Shown: positions 48,614 to 58,168, numbered from the stretch's first letter. The stretch is 64,000 nt of DNA from a virus (IMGVR_UViG_3300020055_000005:32001-96000), one strand, 5' to 3'. A program made the numbers and translations. Notes: generated from the letters alone by a model not told the origin.

Positions 48614-49092
48614 GTGATGTATCTTTCCCTATCTTCAGTTTCGTTTACATAAGTGTAAGTGATGTCATCACCTACATTAAACTCTTCTGCATAATGACGT
48701 GGTACGCAAAAGAATTGATGATCTTCGTATTCAGATAAACTTGTTGTTGTTGGTGACTTGGTTGGATTCCATAAGTTAGGTGATAAAAGAATATGATCAC
48801 CCAATGGTTGTTCTAACACTGAGAAGATTAAAGTGTCATTGTCTTTATATAATCTTACATAAGGTGTGTCGAACTGACACCCTAATTTCATTGTGTAGTC
48901 TTTGGGGAAATCAAAACGAAGTAAATCGTCTGCAACTTCTTGCTGAAATTTAAACTCTCGACTTACCTCGTCCTGTTTTAATTCTCTAACTGTCGATGGA
49001 CTAGAAGTAGCCACCGTCCCTGTGATCGTCGTCACCATCTGTTTCACCACCTTCATCTGTTTCAGTTGCAGATATGAAACCACTCTCTTCAT
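48592..49092 (-). CDS. Hypothetical protein (start uncertain)
   Basis: ORF fills the gap in the operon. Confidence 0.55.
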   Translation of the reverse strand: MKRVVSYLQLKQMKVVKQMVTTITGTVATSSPSTVRELKQDEVSREFKFQQEVADDLLRFDFPKDYTMKLGCQFDTPYVRLYKDNDTLIFSVLEQPLGDHILLSPNLWNPTKSPTTTSLSEYEDHQFFCVPRHYAEEFNVGDDITYTYVNETEDRERYITCSTTKT

Positions 49093-50455
49093 CTTCAGTT
49101 AGTGACTGGATAAATTCTTCTGTACGTAATACAAACTCGTCAATCATTTTTGCTTTTGATTGAGTTGCATTTACATCAAAGTCTAATCTATCTGCTTCTT
49201 GTTTAATTTTTGCTTTAGTTAAACCCTCTAACTCTGAACGACTAGGGATTACAATCTCATCGTATTCCTCTTCTTCAGGTTTAGGTTCAGGTTCATCTGC
49301 ATACTTCTCTTTGAGTTTCTCTAAGAGTTCTTCTTCTGTATCTGCAGTTGTTACGATTTTAAGATCAGGTACCTTCGCTTCGACGGAGTCCCCACTTGAT
49401 AATGTTTGTCTTACACTAGGTGCATTACCAGCTGACACTATTGGTTTACTAAAGTCAGGTTCTGATTCTGTGTCATCTTGTGTTACATTAAATTCTGATT
49501 CAATGTCTTCAAGGTCAGGTAATGAATCCTCTGTATCCTGCCACTCTTCCCATGCAGTTTGATCTTCTGCAGGGTCTTTATAATCTTCATCAGTGAAAGA
49601 TTCTACAGGTAAGTCTTCACCCCAATCTTTGATCTCTTGTTCACTAAAATCTTTGAATGCTTGTTTTGTCTCTTCAACCTTTTCTGCAAGTTCTTTATCT
49701 TCTGTGAAAGGTGTTGTGACTTCTGATTGATGAAGGGTTGCACCATCCTTTGCGACAGACTCTGAATGTTCTTCATCAGTCTTTAGATGATGATAGAGAC
49801 CTCTGTTTGCATTGTCCCACTCTTCAGGTGTTACATCGTCTAAACCTTTTGCAGGTTCTTCTGTGATATTGTTTTCTTCAATCTCTACAGTCTTTGGTCT
49901 TCCTGCACGAATTAAATCCCATGCTTTAGACTTAGGTTTTTCAGGTTGAAGTGTCGGAGGTGTCCATTTCTCCCATGACTCAAAATGGTCAGATTGTTCT
50001 TGTTCAGGTGTTTGTCTATCAATATTTTCTACTGCAGACTTAGACTCACCCAACAATGCCTCTAAATGTTTAAGTCTATCTTCTAATGATTTTCTTAGTT
50101 GTCTTTCTTCAACTAATTTTTGTTTCTCTTGTTCTCTGCGTTTTGCAAGTTCAATTTCTTTTTCCTGTTGTTCTTCAACTGCAATCTCATTTAATCTATT
50201 TGTTGCAACTTCAACTGAACGATTGTATTCTGCAAGACCGTTAGTTACATCATCACGTACTGCAATCAAAGCCTCAAGTTCTGTTAACTTTGCCTGACCG
50301 TTCTTTAAATGTGATTCTAACAATGCACTAGTGATCTGTGCAACCTGTGGTGTTACACCTACTTTAAAATTGTTAATGCGATTTTGTATCTGTTCCTTCT
50401 CTGAAGGTTCAGGTGGAGTTTGACTAAACTCTGATGGGGTCACATCTTCTGCCAT
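49001..50455 (-). CDS. Acidic protein: coiled coil, disordered middle, C-terminal HeH/Rho-N-like motif
   Basis: LEGLTKAKIKQEA..L......SKAKMI. Confidence 0.65.
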   Translation of the reverse strand: MAEDVTPSEFSQTPPEPSEKEQIQNRINNFKVGVTPQVAQITSALLESHLKNGQAKLTELEALIAVRDDVTNGLAEYNRSVEVATNRLNEIAVEEQQEKEIELAKRREQEKQKLVEERQLRKSLEDRLKHLEALLGESKSAVENIDRQTPEQEQSDHFESWEKWTPPTLQPEKPKSKAWDLIRAGRPKTVEIEENNITEEPAKGLDDVTPEEWDNANRGLYHHLKTDEEHSESVAKDGATLHQSEVTTPFTEDKELAEKVEETKQAFKDFSEQEIKDWGEDLPVESFTDEDYKDPAEDQTAWEEWQDTEDSLPDLEDIESEFNVTQDDTESEPDFSKPIVSAGNAPSVRQTLSSGDSVEAKVPDLKIVTTADTEEELLEKLKEKYADEPEPKPEEEEYDEIVIPSRSELEGLTKAKIKQEADRLDFDVNATQSKAKMIDEFVLRTEEFIQSLTEDEESGFISATETDEGGETDGDDDHRDGGYF

Positions 50456-50480
50456 AATTTTACCTCATAATATCCATGGA

Positions 50481-50574
50481 GTCGCACACGACTAGAAAGG
50501 TTCTATATCGGAAAGTGATTAATCCCCTTTCCTTGGTGTTTCTATGTATAGTCTCTGGCGACACTAATATTTAG
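50481..50574 (-). promoter_or_regulatory. Late-type promoter CTAAATA followed by long hairpin leader
   Basis: Promoter 50568-50574; nested stems GTCGC/GCGAC, TAGAAA/TTTCTA, GGAAAG/CTTTCC. Confidence 0.55.
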
Positions 50575-51092
50575 TTAAATACAGTGTTCGGAAATGCTTC
50601 CTGAACAAACTTTTTATTGATATTTTTAAAAGGATTTACCTTGTCTTTAACTAAATCAATTAACACTGCTTCCTCTTTGGGAATGCCTTCTAACAGTTGA
50701 ATCCACAATGATTCTCTACGAACTTGTGGTACTTGTTCTGTTACAAAATACTTGAACTTTTTAAATTCAAATCTCAATGATGTTTCTGATAAATCTCCAG
50801 CTGGTGCCTGATTCTCACCGTAAGGTGTTTTACCATCAGGTAGTGTTGAATTAATATTATCATCAAATAACCATTGCAGTACTTTTTCTACTGCACCGTT
50901 TCGACTTGCAAAAGTTCTTAGACCATTGATTGCAAACTCTTCATTCTCTCCTAACACTAGGTCAGTCTGACAAAGAATCTCATATACGTTTGCATCATTA
51001 GTAAGACGAACTCTCTCAGTCACTAATTCCATTTTAGGTTTGTTAGGAGCACCCTTTGGTCTCCCTCTACCTCTTTTCTTTTCTTCACTCAT
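50571..51092 (-). CDS. Conserved T4-like protein with N-terminal AT-hook
   Basis: KKRGRGRPKG; LP.G.TPY; RRE.LWIQLLEG....EA. Confidence 0.7.
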   Translation of the reverse strand: MSEEKKRGRGRPKGAPNKPKMELVTERVRLTNDANVYEILCQTDLVLGENEEFAINGLRTFASRNGAVEKVLQWLFDDNINSTLPDGKTPYGENQAPAGDLSETSLRFEFKKFKYFVTEQVPQVRRESLWIQLLEGIPKEEAVLIDLVKDKVNPFKNINKKFVQEAFPNTVFN

Positions 51093-51931
51093 AAATTAAA
51101 ATCCTCAATATTATTTAGAAGTTCATTCAAACGATGTTTCCTTAGGTAGTCAAACACTAACCCACTAGGAACATCCAAACTATCAAACTCGTTAAGGATA
51201 TTAGTTTCCATATCTTCAGGTATGAAATCCAAATCAATTAGAGTTTGGTTTCTTAAATAGTTACGATAGTATTTATCATCGTTTTCAATACTAATTCTGA
51301 GATACTTATCGACCACTGGTTTACGAAGTGGAGTTTGTCTAATACCTTCATCTAAACAATTATCATTAGATAGAATGTTTGGTATACCATCTGACTTATC
51401 ACCACGTAAGATATGTTCTTTAAGGAATACATCAGGGTCATCACACTGAATCATTTTATTCAGGTTAGGTGAGAACTGTTGCACTCCACGATACTTATGT
51501 AACTGTTGGAAATCTTTATCTCCACTCACAATAAGAATGTCTTCTTGTTCTGCAAAGTGTTTTACTAACACTGCAATGATATCATCTGCCTCTGCCTTTT
51601 CTACGTACATATACTTGTACGGAAAGTTCTCTTTGATTTCCATCTTAACTTGATGTAGTGTATCAAAGATAAACTTCCAATCCATGTCAGATGCATCACG
51701 AGCCTTCTTACGATTCGCTTTGTATTGTGGGAAGTAATCTCTTCTCCATGGATTAGGTGCATCTGTGCAAAGAACTATTTGACCGTAATCACCACTGTAT
51801 CTCTTTTGGTAATTACGTACTGAATTAAGAATCATGTGACGAAGTAAATCTTCCGACACCTCACCATCATTCATCTTCAATTGTGCCATCAGACCTGCAA
51901 TTATGGTCTGAGTAAAATCTATTAAAATCAT
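51089..51931 (-). CDS. rnh: T4-type RNase H (5'-3' exonuclease)
   Basis: ILIDF.Q; WRR..FP.YKANRK; EADDII; SGDKDF.QL; GDKSDGIPN; RN..LID. Confidence 0.95.
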   Translation of the reverse strand: MILIDFTQTIIAGLMAQLKMNDGEVSEDLLRHMILNSVRNYQKRYSGDYGQIVLCTDAPNPWRRDYFPQYKANRKKARDASDMDWKFIFDTLHQVKMEIKENFPYKYMYVEKAEADDIIAVLVKHFAEQEDILIVSGDKDFQQLHKYRGVQQFSPNLNKMIQCDDPDVFLKEHILRGDKSDGIPNILSNDNCLDEGIRQTPLRKPVVDKYLRISIENDDKYYRNYLRNQTLIDLDFIPEDMETNILNEFDSLDVPSGLVFDYLRKHRLNELLNNIEDFNL

Positions 51932-52617
51932 TTAATCACTTTTATTAATAATGTATTTTTGGTAATAAGATCGTTTCCTGTTTTTAATTTACTTCTTGGA
52001 ATCTCTTCCATAAACTTTTGTGCAATAATATTACCACCTCTATACAGTCTATCAAGTAACTTGGAATCTGTCAAGGTCTTTTCTGAACATGAGTCGTATC
52101 CTATGATACGTGAACCTTTGACACTCAAGTGTCCATCGAACTGAGTAAGTTTCTTACTTGAAGTATTGTATGTAAATAATGTTCTTGCACGAATGATTTC
52201 TTTTGGGTCTACAGATTTAAATTGTTCCCACTCATCTAAGAAGGGTAACTTCTTAACGAGTTGAGCAGGAGTTTTAATACGAACCTTACGAACTGGTTTG
52301 TACTCTTCAATGTATTTGTCAATGTCATCTTCAAACCCTTGAATGGTTTTGATGATTCTCTCTTTTTGTTTTGCAGTGAGGAAGTTGTATGCCTCTGATA
52401 GTTGTTCACACTTTTCTTCGTTCTTTAATTCAAAGACGATGTGATCAAAGTGTCCTTTCATATACTGAACAACTCTTGAACTATAACCCAACTGTTTTAA
52501 AAGTTTATACATGGAGAATGATGTTTTCTTTTTTTCCATAAGATCATCTATGACACCCTCGACTTGACCGAGTGCATCGATGGCCTTATTTCTCATTCTC
52601 TCTTGTATGGTGTTCAT
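51928..52617 (-). CDS. Conserved T4-like hypothetical protein
   Basis: EQL.EAY; YNT..KKL; SVKG..I.GYD..S.KTL. Confidence 0.7.
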   Translation of the reverse strand: MNTIQERMRNKAIDALGQVEGVIDDLMEKKKTSFSMYKLLKQLGYSSRVVQYMKGHFDHIVFELKNEEKCEQLSEAYNFLTAKQKERIIKTIQGFEDDIDKYIEEYKPVRKVRIKTPAQLVKKLPFLDEWEQFKSVDPKEIIRARTLFTYNTSSKKLTQFDGHLSVKGSRIIGYDSCSEKTLTDSKLLDRLYRGGNIIAQKFMEEIPRSKLKTGNDLITKNTLLIKVIK

Positions 52618-53384
52618 TACTCTTCTATAGTTGGTGGATAAAATTGTTGTATGTTACCTGCAACACTAATTCGTTCTCTGTCCTCTTGATAAAATTGGTG
52701 GACACTATGTTGTAACCATGATGGGAACATGATGATGTCACCCACATTAGGATAGTGTTGAAACTGTGAGAAGTTCATCCAAATGTGTTCACCGTATCTA
52801 CACTCAAGTGAACCTGCAAGTTGTTGACCTTTCTGATTGTCATAATGATTTTGAATTGCCTCCTCATAAGGAATGTCATTTTGTACATAGAAAACAAAAG
52901 AGAACATACCATCATGTACGTGGGGAGGATTGTATTCTTTTGCCTTTTGAATGTTGACCCACAATGCATCGACACCCAACTGTTGTTGTTTTAAATTTTC
53001 AAGTAGTTCGTCTGCCGCATAACCAGTTGCAGTTTCAATTCCTTCTAAGAAGTTTTTAGTGTGTAACATAAGGTGACCGTACACTCTGTCTGACACTATG
53101 TCACTAATGTTTAATTGTTCAATGATTCGTCCTGCAAGTCTATCACCAAAGTCTCTCTCAGGGTCACTACGTACTTTGTCGATTGCACTTTGAACTTCAT
53201 GCACTACGTAGTTTGCAAGTTTACCAACATAGATAGGTGGCCCAAAAGGTAACCTAGTCATACCATCAACTCTTTCAACTGATGACTTACCTGTTATTGT
53301 TCTTCCGTCTCCTAGATCATGTTTCTCTTCAGGAAAATCTAGGACTTTAGAATCCATTAAATCTGTTCTTATTTGTTCACTCAT
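52617..53384 (-). CDS. 2OG-Fe(II) oxygenase
   Basis: WVN.Q...EYNPPHVH; GDIIMFPSWLQHSV; RISVAGN. Confidence 0.88.
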   Translation of the reverse strand: MSEQIRTDLMDSKVLDFPEEKHDLGDGRTITGKSSVERVDGMTRLPFGPPIYVGKLANYVVHEVQSAIDKVRSDPERDFGDRLAGRIIEQLNISDIVSDRVYGHLMLHTKNFLEGIETATGYAADELLENLKQQQLGVDALWVNIQKAKEYNPPHVHDGMFSFVFYVQNDIPYEEAIQNHYDNQKGQQLAGSLECRYGEHIWMNFSQFQHYPNVGDIIMFPSWLQHSVHQFYQEDRERISVAGNIQQFYPPTIEE

Positions 53385-53713
53385 TTCTTATGTAACTCCA
53401 CAAAATATTCTGCATCCACTAACACTAGTGGTTTTGTTCTGTTGCGTTTAATCACAACCAATGGTTCGTATCCTTTGCAGTTCTCAGTTGCCTGTTCGTA
53501 TGCCTTCCACACGTTTACTGCCTCCTGATTCTTACATTCTACACTATAAGGAAAGATTTGTCTAGTCTGTTTTCCCATGATGATGTCCTCACCTTGAGAA
53601 CCCATCGGTCTCGATTCAATGTCCTCTTCGTCTGCCCCTAGTGTCTCGACTAGAAGTTTGGTAAACCACTGTTGTAGTTTTCTACCCTTTGCTTTCGCTG
53701 AACTTGTTTTCAT
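53381..53713 (-). CDS. Holliday-junction-resolvase-like PD-(D/E)XK nuclease
   Basis: KAKGR.LQ; MG..GEDI; SVECKNQE; EPLVVIK.NR. Confidence 0.8.
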   Translation of the reverse strand: MKTSSAKAKGRKLQQWFTKLLVETLGADEEDIESRPMGSQGEDIIMGKQTRQIFPYSVECKNQEAVNVWKAYEQATENCKGYEPLVVIKRNRTKPLVLVDAEYFVELHKK

Positions 53714-54323
53714 AATCTTCAGGGTCAGGTGACTTGAATCTTAGTGCTTCATTAGGTATGTATATATCTCCTTCTTCTTCAGGAATATACAAATGATTAA
53801 TCATTGAACGATTGCAAGTGTCAATCGCATCATAGACACTCTCCACTAATGACTCACCACCTAGGTTAAATGAAGTGTTAAAGATAATAGGAGTCCCAGT
53901 TCTCTCTCCAAACTTTTTGATAAGATTATAATAGACTGGATTGTCTTCTTCGGTAACCGTTTGGATTCTACAGGTTCCGTCTGCATGAACGAGTGTAGGA
54001 ATCTCTTGGTATGCTTTGTCTCTTGATTGAATTGCAAAAGACATGTAAGGTGAACCATACTTCTCTAACTGGTTCATATAAAAATATTCATTCGCATGTT
54101 CTCTTAATACACTACATGCAAATGGTCTGTACTCTTCTCTCATCTTAATGGAGTTAACGATGTTCTTTGCATCAGGATGTCTAGGGTCAAACATGATAGA
54201 ACGATTACCCAATGCACGTGGGCCCCATTCTGAATGACCTTGATAGATTGCAACAATCTGTTGATTCTCAATCAGTTCATCTAGAACGGAATCTAAGTCT
54301 CTGTGTATTTGTGTAACGATCAT
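53682..54323 (-). CDS. Carbamoyltransferase C-terminal (YrdC-like) domain
   Basis: EWGPRALGNRSI; KMRE.YRPFA; HADGTCRIQTV; NTSFN. Confidence 0.92.
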   Translation of the reverse strand: MIVTQIHRDLDSVLDELIENQQIVAIYQGHSEWGPRALGNRSIMFDPRHPDAKNIVNSIKMREEYRPFACSVLREHANEYFYMNQLEKYGSPYMSFAIQSRDKAYQEIPTLVHADGTCRIQTVTEEDNPVYYNLIKKFGERTGTPIIFNTSFNLGGESLVESVYDAIDTCNRSMINHLYIPEEEGDIYIPNEALRFKSPDPEDYENKFSESKG

Positions 54324-55468
54324 GATGATAACTCCCTATGTAACCAAAGTGCGGCTCCTATTGCAGTACCACCATCATGAGGTACAGGGTCAACAAAGAA
54401 GTCAACCTCAGGGAACCTTTCCATATATTTGTAATTGTTCGTACAGTTCAATGAGAACCCTCCTGAGAGCACGATTCGATTGCAGTTAGGGTTTAGGTCT
54501 AATGCACGTTGAATAACCTTTACAGAGTGTTCTAGGGACTCTAACTCACATTGTTGTGCAACGGTATGTCTTGTAAACACATTGTCTCTTGGAGGTTGTT
54601 CTGCATAAGAAGCCATCCCCATGACTTTACCAGCTGCACGTCCTTCTGCATCACATCCCAATGCATAGGATAGATTACTGAAGTTCATTCCACACGATGG
54701 TGCAGACGTTAACACTGTTGGAACACCTTCGATGATGACCTCTGCATCATCAGGACAATCTAAACAGTTCTCTAACATATTTTGAAAACCGTGTGCTTTC
54801 CATTCTCCTAATGCACGATGATTGGATAGACGTTGCCATTGTAACTTGGGTTGTTTGGTTTTACCTTCGCAAAAATAAATGGATTCGATCTCTTGGTAAT
54901 TGGGATACTGTTTGTAGTTGGGTTGTGCGCCCCCACCATCCCATGTAATTGCGATTGCAGGTTCATCATCTTTGTACCATGGTGAAAAGTAATAACCACT
55001 CTCTGCATGATACAGGTGGTGTTTGGTTTCATCAAAGACAAACTCTTTTGATTCTAACTGTTCTGAAATGACCTTGTTGATTTCATTGTCACCTTCTTTA
55101 TCATGATTAATGAAGATACGTTTTCTTTCTTGGTCTTTATTGAACTCTTCTTCGATGTCTCGTAAACGACTCATGGTGACTTGTTCGTGTGCGAATGCAT
55201 TTGCAATGTCACGTTGGAGTAAACGGTCTTCTCTGACTTCATTGGAAAATTCTATTCGGAGGACTCGTCTGTCGAATGATGCAAAGATGAGGTGATCAGG
55301 TTGTGACACTCCACGTTGCACTAGTGTTAACAGATTACAGTCAGAAGGTTTCGGTGACCAGTACTTAGATCGTCTGTGTCGTTCTTCTTCCCATACGTTG
55401 GTGATGATACCATCTTTCGCAGTTACGATAGAAGTATCGTGTGATGTATTGATCGCTAATATGTCCAT
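54320..55468 (-). CDS. Carbamoyltransferase N-terminal (Kae1-like) domain
   Basis: SHD.S; EEER..R.K; HHLYHA; DGGG; GKVMGMASY; SGG..LNC..N; DGGTAIG. Confidence 0.92.
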   Translation of the reverse strand: MDILAINTSHDTSIVTAKDGIITNVWEEERHRRSKYWSPKPSDCNLLTLVQRGVSQPDHLIFASFDRRVLRIEFSNEVREDRLLQRDIANAFAHEQVTMSRLRDIEEEFNKDQERKRIFINHDKEGDNEINKVISEQLESKEFVFDETKHHLYHAESGYYFSPWYKDDEPAIAITWDGGGAQPNYKQYPNYQEIESIYFCEGKTKQPKLQWQRLSNHRALGEWKAHGFQNMLENCLDCPDDAEVIIEGVPTVLTSAPSCGMNFSNLSYALGCDAEGRAAGKVMGMASYAEQPPRDNVFTRHTVAQQCELESLEHSVKVIQRALDLNPNCNRIVLSGGFSLNCTNNYKYMERFPEVDFFVDPVPHDGGTAIGAALWLHRELSS

Positions 55469-55501
55469 AATATACCTTGTTGTCTTTTTATATAGTGTTC
55501 A

Positions 55502-55672
55502 CTATTTTTTGTCGAGTGAATAAAACTTTATAAGTTTTTCTGAAGTGGTGATGCCGTCGTCGATGAACATATTGATAATGTCTTTCTTACCTTGACTCCA
55601 ACCTGCTACCCAACTTCCTCCTGCACATGCAAGAATGAACACTATGTGTAATAAAATCATACTGTCGCTCAT
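55502..55672 (-). CDS. Small membrane protein, 56 aa (not in ORF track)
   Basis: MSDSMILLHIVFILACAGGSWVAG...; ATGA coupling. Confidence 0.55.
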   Translation of the reverse strand: MSDSMILLHIVFILACAGGSWVAGWSQGKKDIINMFIDDGITTSEKLIKFYSLDKK

Positions 55673-55887
55673 ATACCTGACTCCCAGTCTATATCGTCGT
55701 CGTCTACTCTTCTACGTTTACTTCTTGCAGTGAAGTAATCCTCTAAGTAGGGTTGCATAAATTCGTTGTAAGCATACTTAAAACTTACAACAGTGATTCC
55801 TATCATGGTTGTCCAAAAGATTGCCATGACAAAGAATTGTAAGAACACCAGTGGTGCCCAAAATAAATTAATTAGCCATTCGATCAT
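55669..55887 (-). CDS. Small membrane protein
   Basis: Hydrophobic N-terminal half; start uncertain. Confidence 0.55.
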   Translation of the reverse strand: MIEWLINLFWAPLVFLQFFVMAIFWTTMIGITVVSFKYAYNEFMQPYLEDYFTARSKRRRVDDDDIDWESGI

Positions 55888-56068
55888 AATCATCACCTTT
55901 TGCAAAGAACAGTCGTCTCTCGACATGTTCAATCACATCTTTTTCTTTATACCATAGACCTGAAAAGAGTTCGTTGTGATCTTCCCATTCTACGATGTAC
56001 CTTCGGTACCCAAACGGTCTCTCTGTGTAAATGACACAGTCACCGTAGTTCTGTAATACCATTCTCAT
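55868..56068 (-). CDS. Hypothetical protein
   Basis: ERPFGYRRYIV; ATG 5 nt after CTAAATA. Confidence 0.6.
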   Translation of the reverse strand: MRMVLQNYGDCVIYTERPFGYRRYIVEWEDHNELFSGLWYKEKDVIEHVERRLFFAKGDDYDRMAN

Positions 56069-56081
56069 ATTTATATTTAGA

Positions 56082-56402
56082 CTAGACTAATAGTATCTTT
56101 TCTGCTAATGTGCGAATCAGAAACAGTAGTCCAACTCCGTTCAACAAGATCAATGCACGATCTTGCCATAATATACTCACCCATAACCATAGTGTAATCC
56201 CCACTAAGGATAGGTATAAGTCCAACATGCTATACTCAGGTATACCACGTAGGGACATTGCACCCAGTACGAAAAAACTTGCAACCCATTTCACGTACCA
56301 GTCAAGAGTGTACTTAGGTGTTGCACTCTTAAAGATACGTTTGGATTTTAGTTTTCCAATCTGTTCTTTCTGTTCATCAGTGAACTGTAATTTTGACACC
56401 AT
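56082..56402 (-). CDS. Conserved 3-TM membrane protein
   Basis: DWYVKWVAS...W.WVS.LW.DRALI.LN. Confidence 0.7.
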   Translation of the reverse strand: MVSKLQFTDEQKEQIGKLKSKRIFKSATPKYTLDWYVKWVASFFVLGAMSLRGIPEYSMLDLYLSLVGITLWLWVSILWQDRALILLNGVGLLFLIRTLAEKILLV

Positions 56403-57553
56403 TAAATCTCCGTGTCTAGGTTGTCAGGGTTCAGGTATTTGTTACCTTTGAACTTGACAGGTTTGTTCATAGGATACAACTCATCATACGCCCATACCGC
56501 TGGAAGTGCAGAGTGTAAATGAATCGTCGGTAATGCACCTCTCTTCTTTGCATTGACCACACGTCCAGTGTTGTTCATAAAACCTTTCTTCACTCGCATG
56601 AATTTTTCAAATGCAGTAGAGAGTTGGTGTTCCCAATCTTTTCTTTTCTCTTTCGCAGTGGAACCACCTACGGTACCACAGTATAGTAATATATTCACCG
56701 TGTCGACATCTTCCCAACCAATCTTGTTGAAGTCTAACTCCGCCACCATGTTAAAGATTTTCATTTCTGAAGTTGCAGCTGCAAGTATCCATTTGGTATG
56801 TCGACCATCAGGGTCGATACCCATCAGTTCCCATATCTTGGATTTACTCGCACCACTAGGAAAGTGTCTGACTCCATTGTCATCACCGATCTTGTCTTTG
56901 ACCACATAGTCCACCACCTGTGCAATCTGAGCATCCGTAAACACTCCATTGACATCAATCTCTTGCATTTCTGCAGTGACGTAAGTACTGATCTGATCTT
57001 CGTCGTAAGGTTGGCCTAACGTAGAGAAGTGACCTTCGGTCTTGGTGATCATTCCCACCTTGACATCTTCTAGAGTCGCATCCCCACTTTGTTTCTTGTA
57101 GAGGTTGTAGATGAGTCCCAGTGAAACACGAATGTCGTTGAGTTTTGCTTCAGAAGGTTCGTTTTGAATCTCGAACACTTCGAAGATACATTCTTCGACG
57201 AAGTCTTCATCCAGTTTACCAACACGTGTGACACCATCTAGTAGATAATAGGTATCGGTCTCCACCACATACAAAACGATAGGGGGAACCTCACCAAAGG
57301 AAAAACCATTCTTATCGATGTCTTTCCATATTGCGTTTTTCTTTTTATTAACCCCAGTCCGTGCAAGTTGATTAAAAAAATCATCACGAACTATCGCATC
57401 AAGTTTAATGACACGTGGGTCTATGAGTTTGATTGCATGTTTGGGATAATCTTTGAAGACGTTAGGGTATGCACCTACTCTTCGGATTTTTTCTTTATAT
57501 TCTGCAAACAATTCATCTGATATGGTTGCTTGCTTATGAGTATATAATATCAT
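56402..57553 (-). CDS. Protein with ParB/Srx-like N-terminal domain
   Basis: NQ.AR...I.KNGF....PPIV...YYLLDGVTR; start at ATG 57553 behind AGGAG. Confidence 0.6.
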   Translation of the reverse strand: MILYTHKQATISDELFAEYKEKIRRVGAYPNVFKDYPKHAIKLIDPRVIKLDAIVRDDFFNQLARTGVNKKKNAIWKDIDKNGFSFGEVPPIVLYVVETDTYYLLDGVTRVGKLDEDFVEECIFEVFEIQNEPSEAKLNDIRVSLGLIYNLYKKQSGDATLEDVKVGMITKTEGHFSTLGQPYDEDQISTYVTAEMQEIDVNGVFTDAQIAQVVDYVVKDKIGDDNGVRHFPSGASKSKIWELMGIDPDGRHTKWILAAATSEMKIFNMVAELDFNKIGWEDVDTVNILLYCGTVGGSTAKEKRKDWEHQLSTAFEKFMRVKKGFMNNTGRVVNAKKRGALPTIHLHSALPAVWAYDELYPMNKPVKFKGNKYLNPDNLDTEI

Positions 57554-57589
57554 ATTGTTCTTCTCCTTTAGAGTCACTTCAGACTCTGA

Positions 57590-57622
57590 TGTAACTAAAT
57601 TTAGTTACAAATTGTAACTAAA
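57590..57622. repeat. Three TGTAACTAAA copies in alternating orientation
   Basis: 57590-57599 (+), 57600-57609 (-), 57613-57622 (+); the first two form a perfect 20-bp palindrome. Confidence 0.85.
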
Positions 57623-57664
57623 AATATTATAAAAAAACTGCAGTCAACTTTGGACTACAGTACC

Positions 57665-57693
57665 ATTATAGTATACACCTCTACGTTTGTAAA
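57665..57693 (-). promoter_or_regulatory. Sigma70-type promoter
   Basis: TTTACA-N17-TATAAT. Confidence 0.65.
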
Positions 57694-57700
57694 GGGGGTT

Positions 57701-57859
57701 TTATAAAGTAGACAAATAAATCATCAGGTCATTCCATACATTCGGCACCATAGTATACACTACGAGAATAAGGAATATTAAGCCCACCGTACAAAGGTTC
57801 AGTATAAACCATACTATACTTAGGAGATTTTTTAACCCTGTCCATGCAAAATTAATCAT
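57701..57859 (-). CDS. Small membrane protein, 52 aa (not in ORF track)
   Basis: MINFAWTGLKNLLSIVWFILNLCTVGLIFLILVVY... Confidence 0.45.
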   Translation of the reverse strand: MINFAWTGLKNLLSIVWFILNLCTVGLIFLILVVYTMVPNVWNDLMIYLSTL

Positions 57860-58073
57860 AAGTGTCAACCTTTACGTCTAGGTTATCAAAGATCACAGGA
57901 ACATCAATATATTCACAGTGAGTATTGTCTTCCGTACACACTAGAATGTTTGTTCTTGCTTCACACCCACGATTATCACATTCGAATTTAATGGGGTCAC
58001 GTTCAAAGTCAACCACAACACACCCATGTAAAAAAGGTAGTGTAACACAAAATACCCCAAAAAAATTTTTCAT
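57852..58073 (-). CDS. Putative lipoprotein, Cys-rich
   Basis: Signal-like N-terminus with LHGC lipobox. Confidence 0.55.
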   Translation of the reverse strand: MKNFFGVFCVTLPFLHGCVVVDFERDPIKFECDNRGCEARTNILVCTEDNTHCEYIDVPVIFDNLDVKVDTYD

Positions 58074-58168
58074 AACACCTGTCCTAAGGTTATTAAAGTC
58101 GTTAACCCACCCAACGTAGAGACAAAGTCCCAGTCGAAGAGTCCGTGTTCAGTTAAAAATTTCATCAT
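58070..58168 (-). CDS. Small peptide, 32 aa
   Basis: ATG 6 nt after the -10 box; ATGA-coupled to next gene. Confidence 0.5.
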   Translation of the reverse strand: MMKFLTEHGLFDWDFVSTLGGLTTLITLGQVL

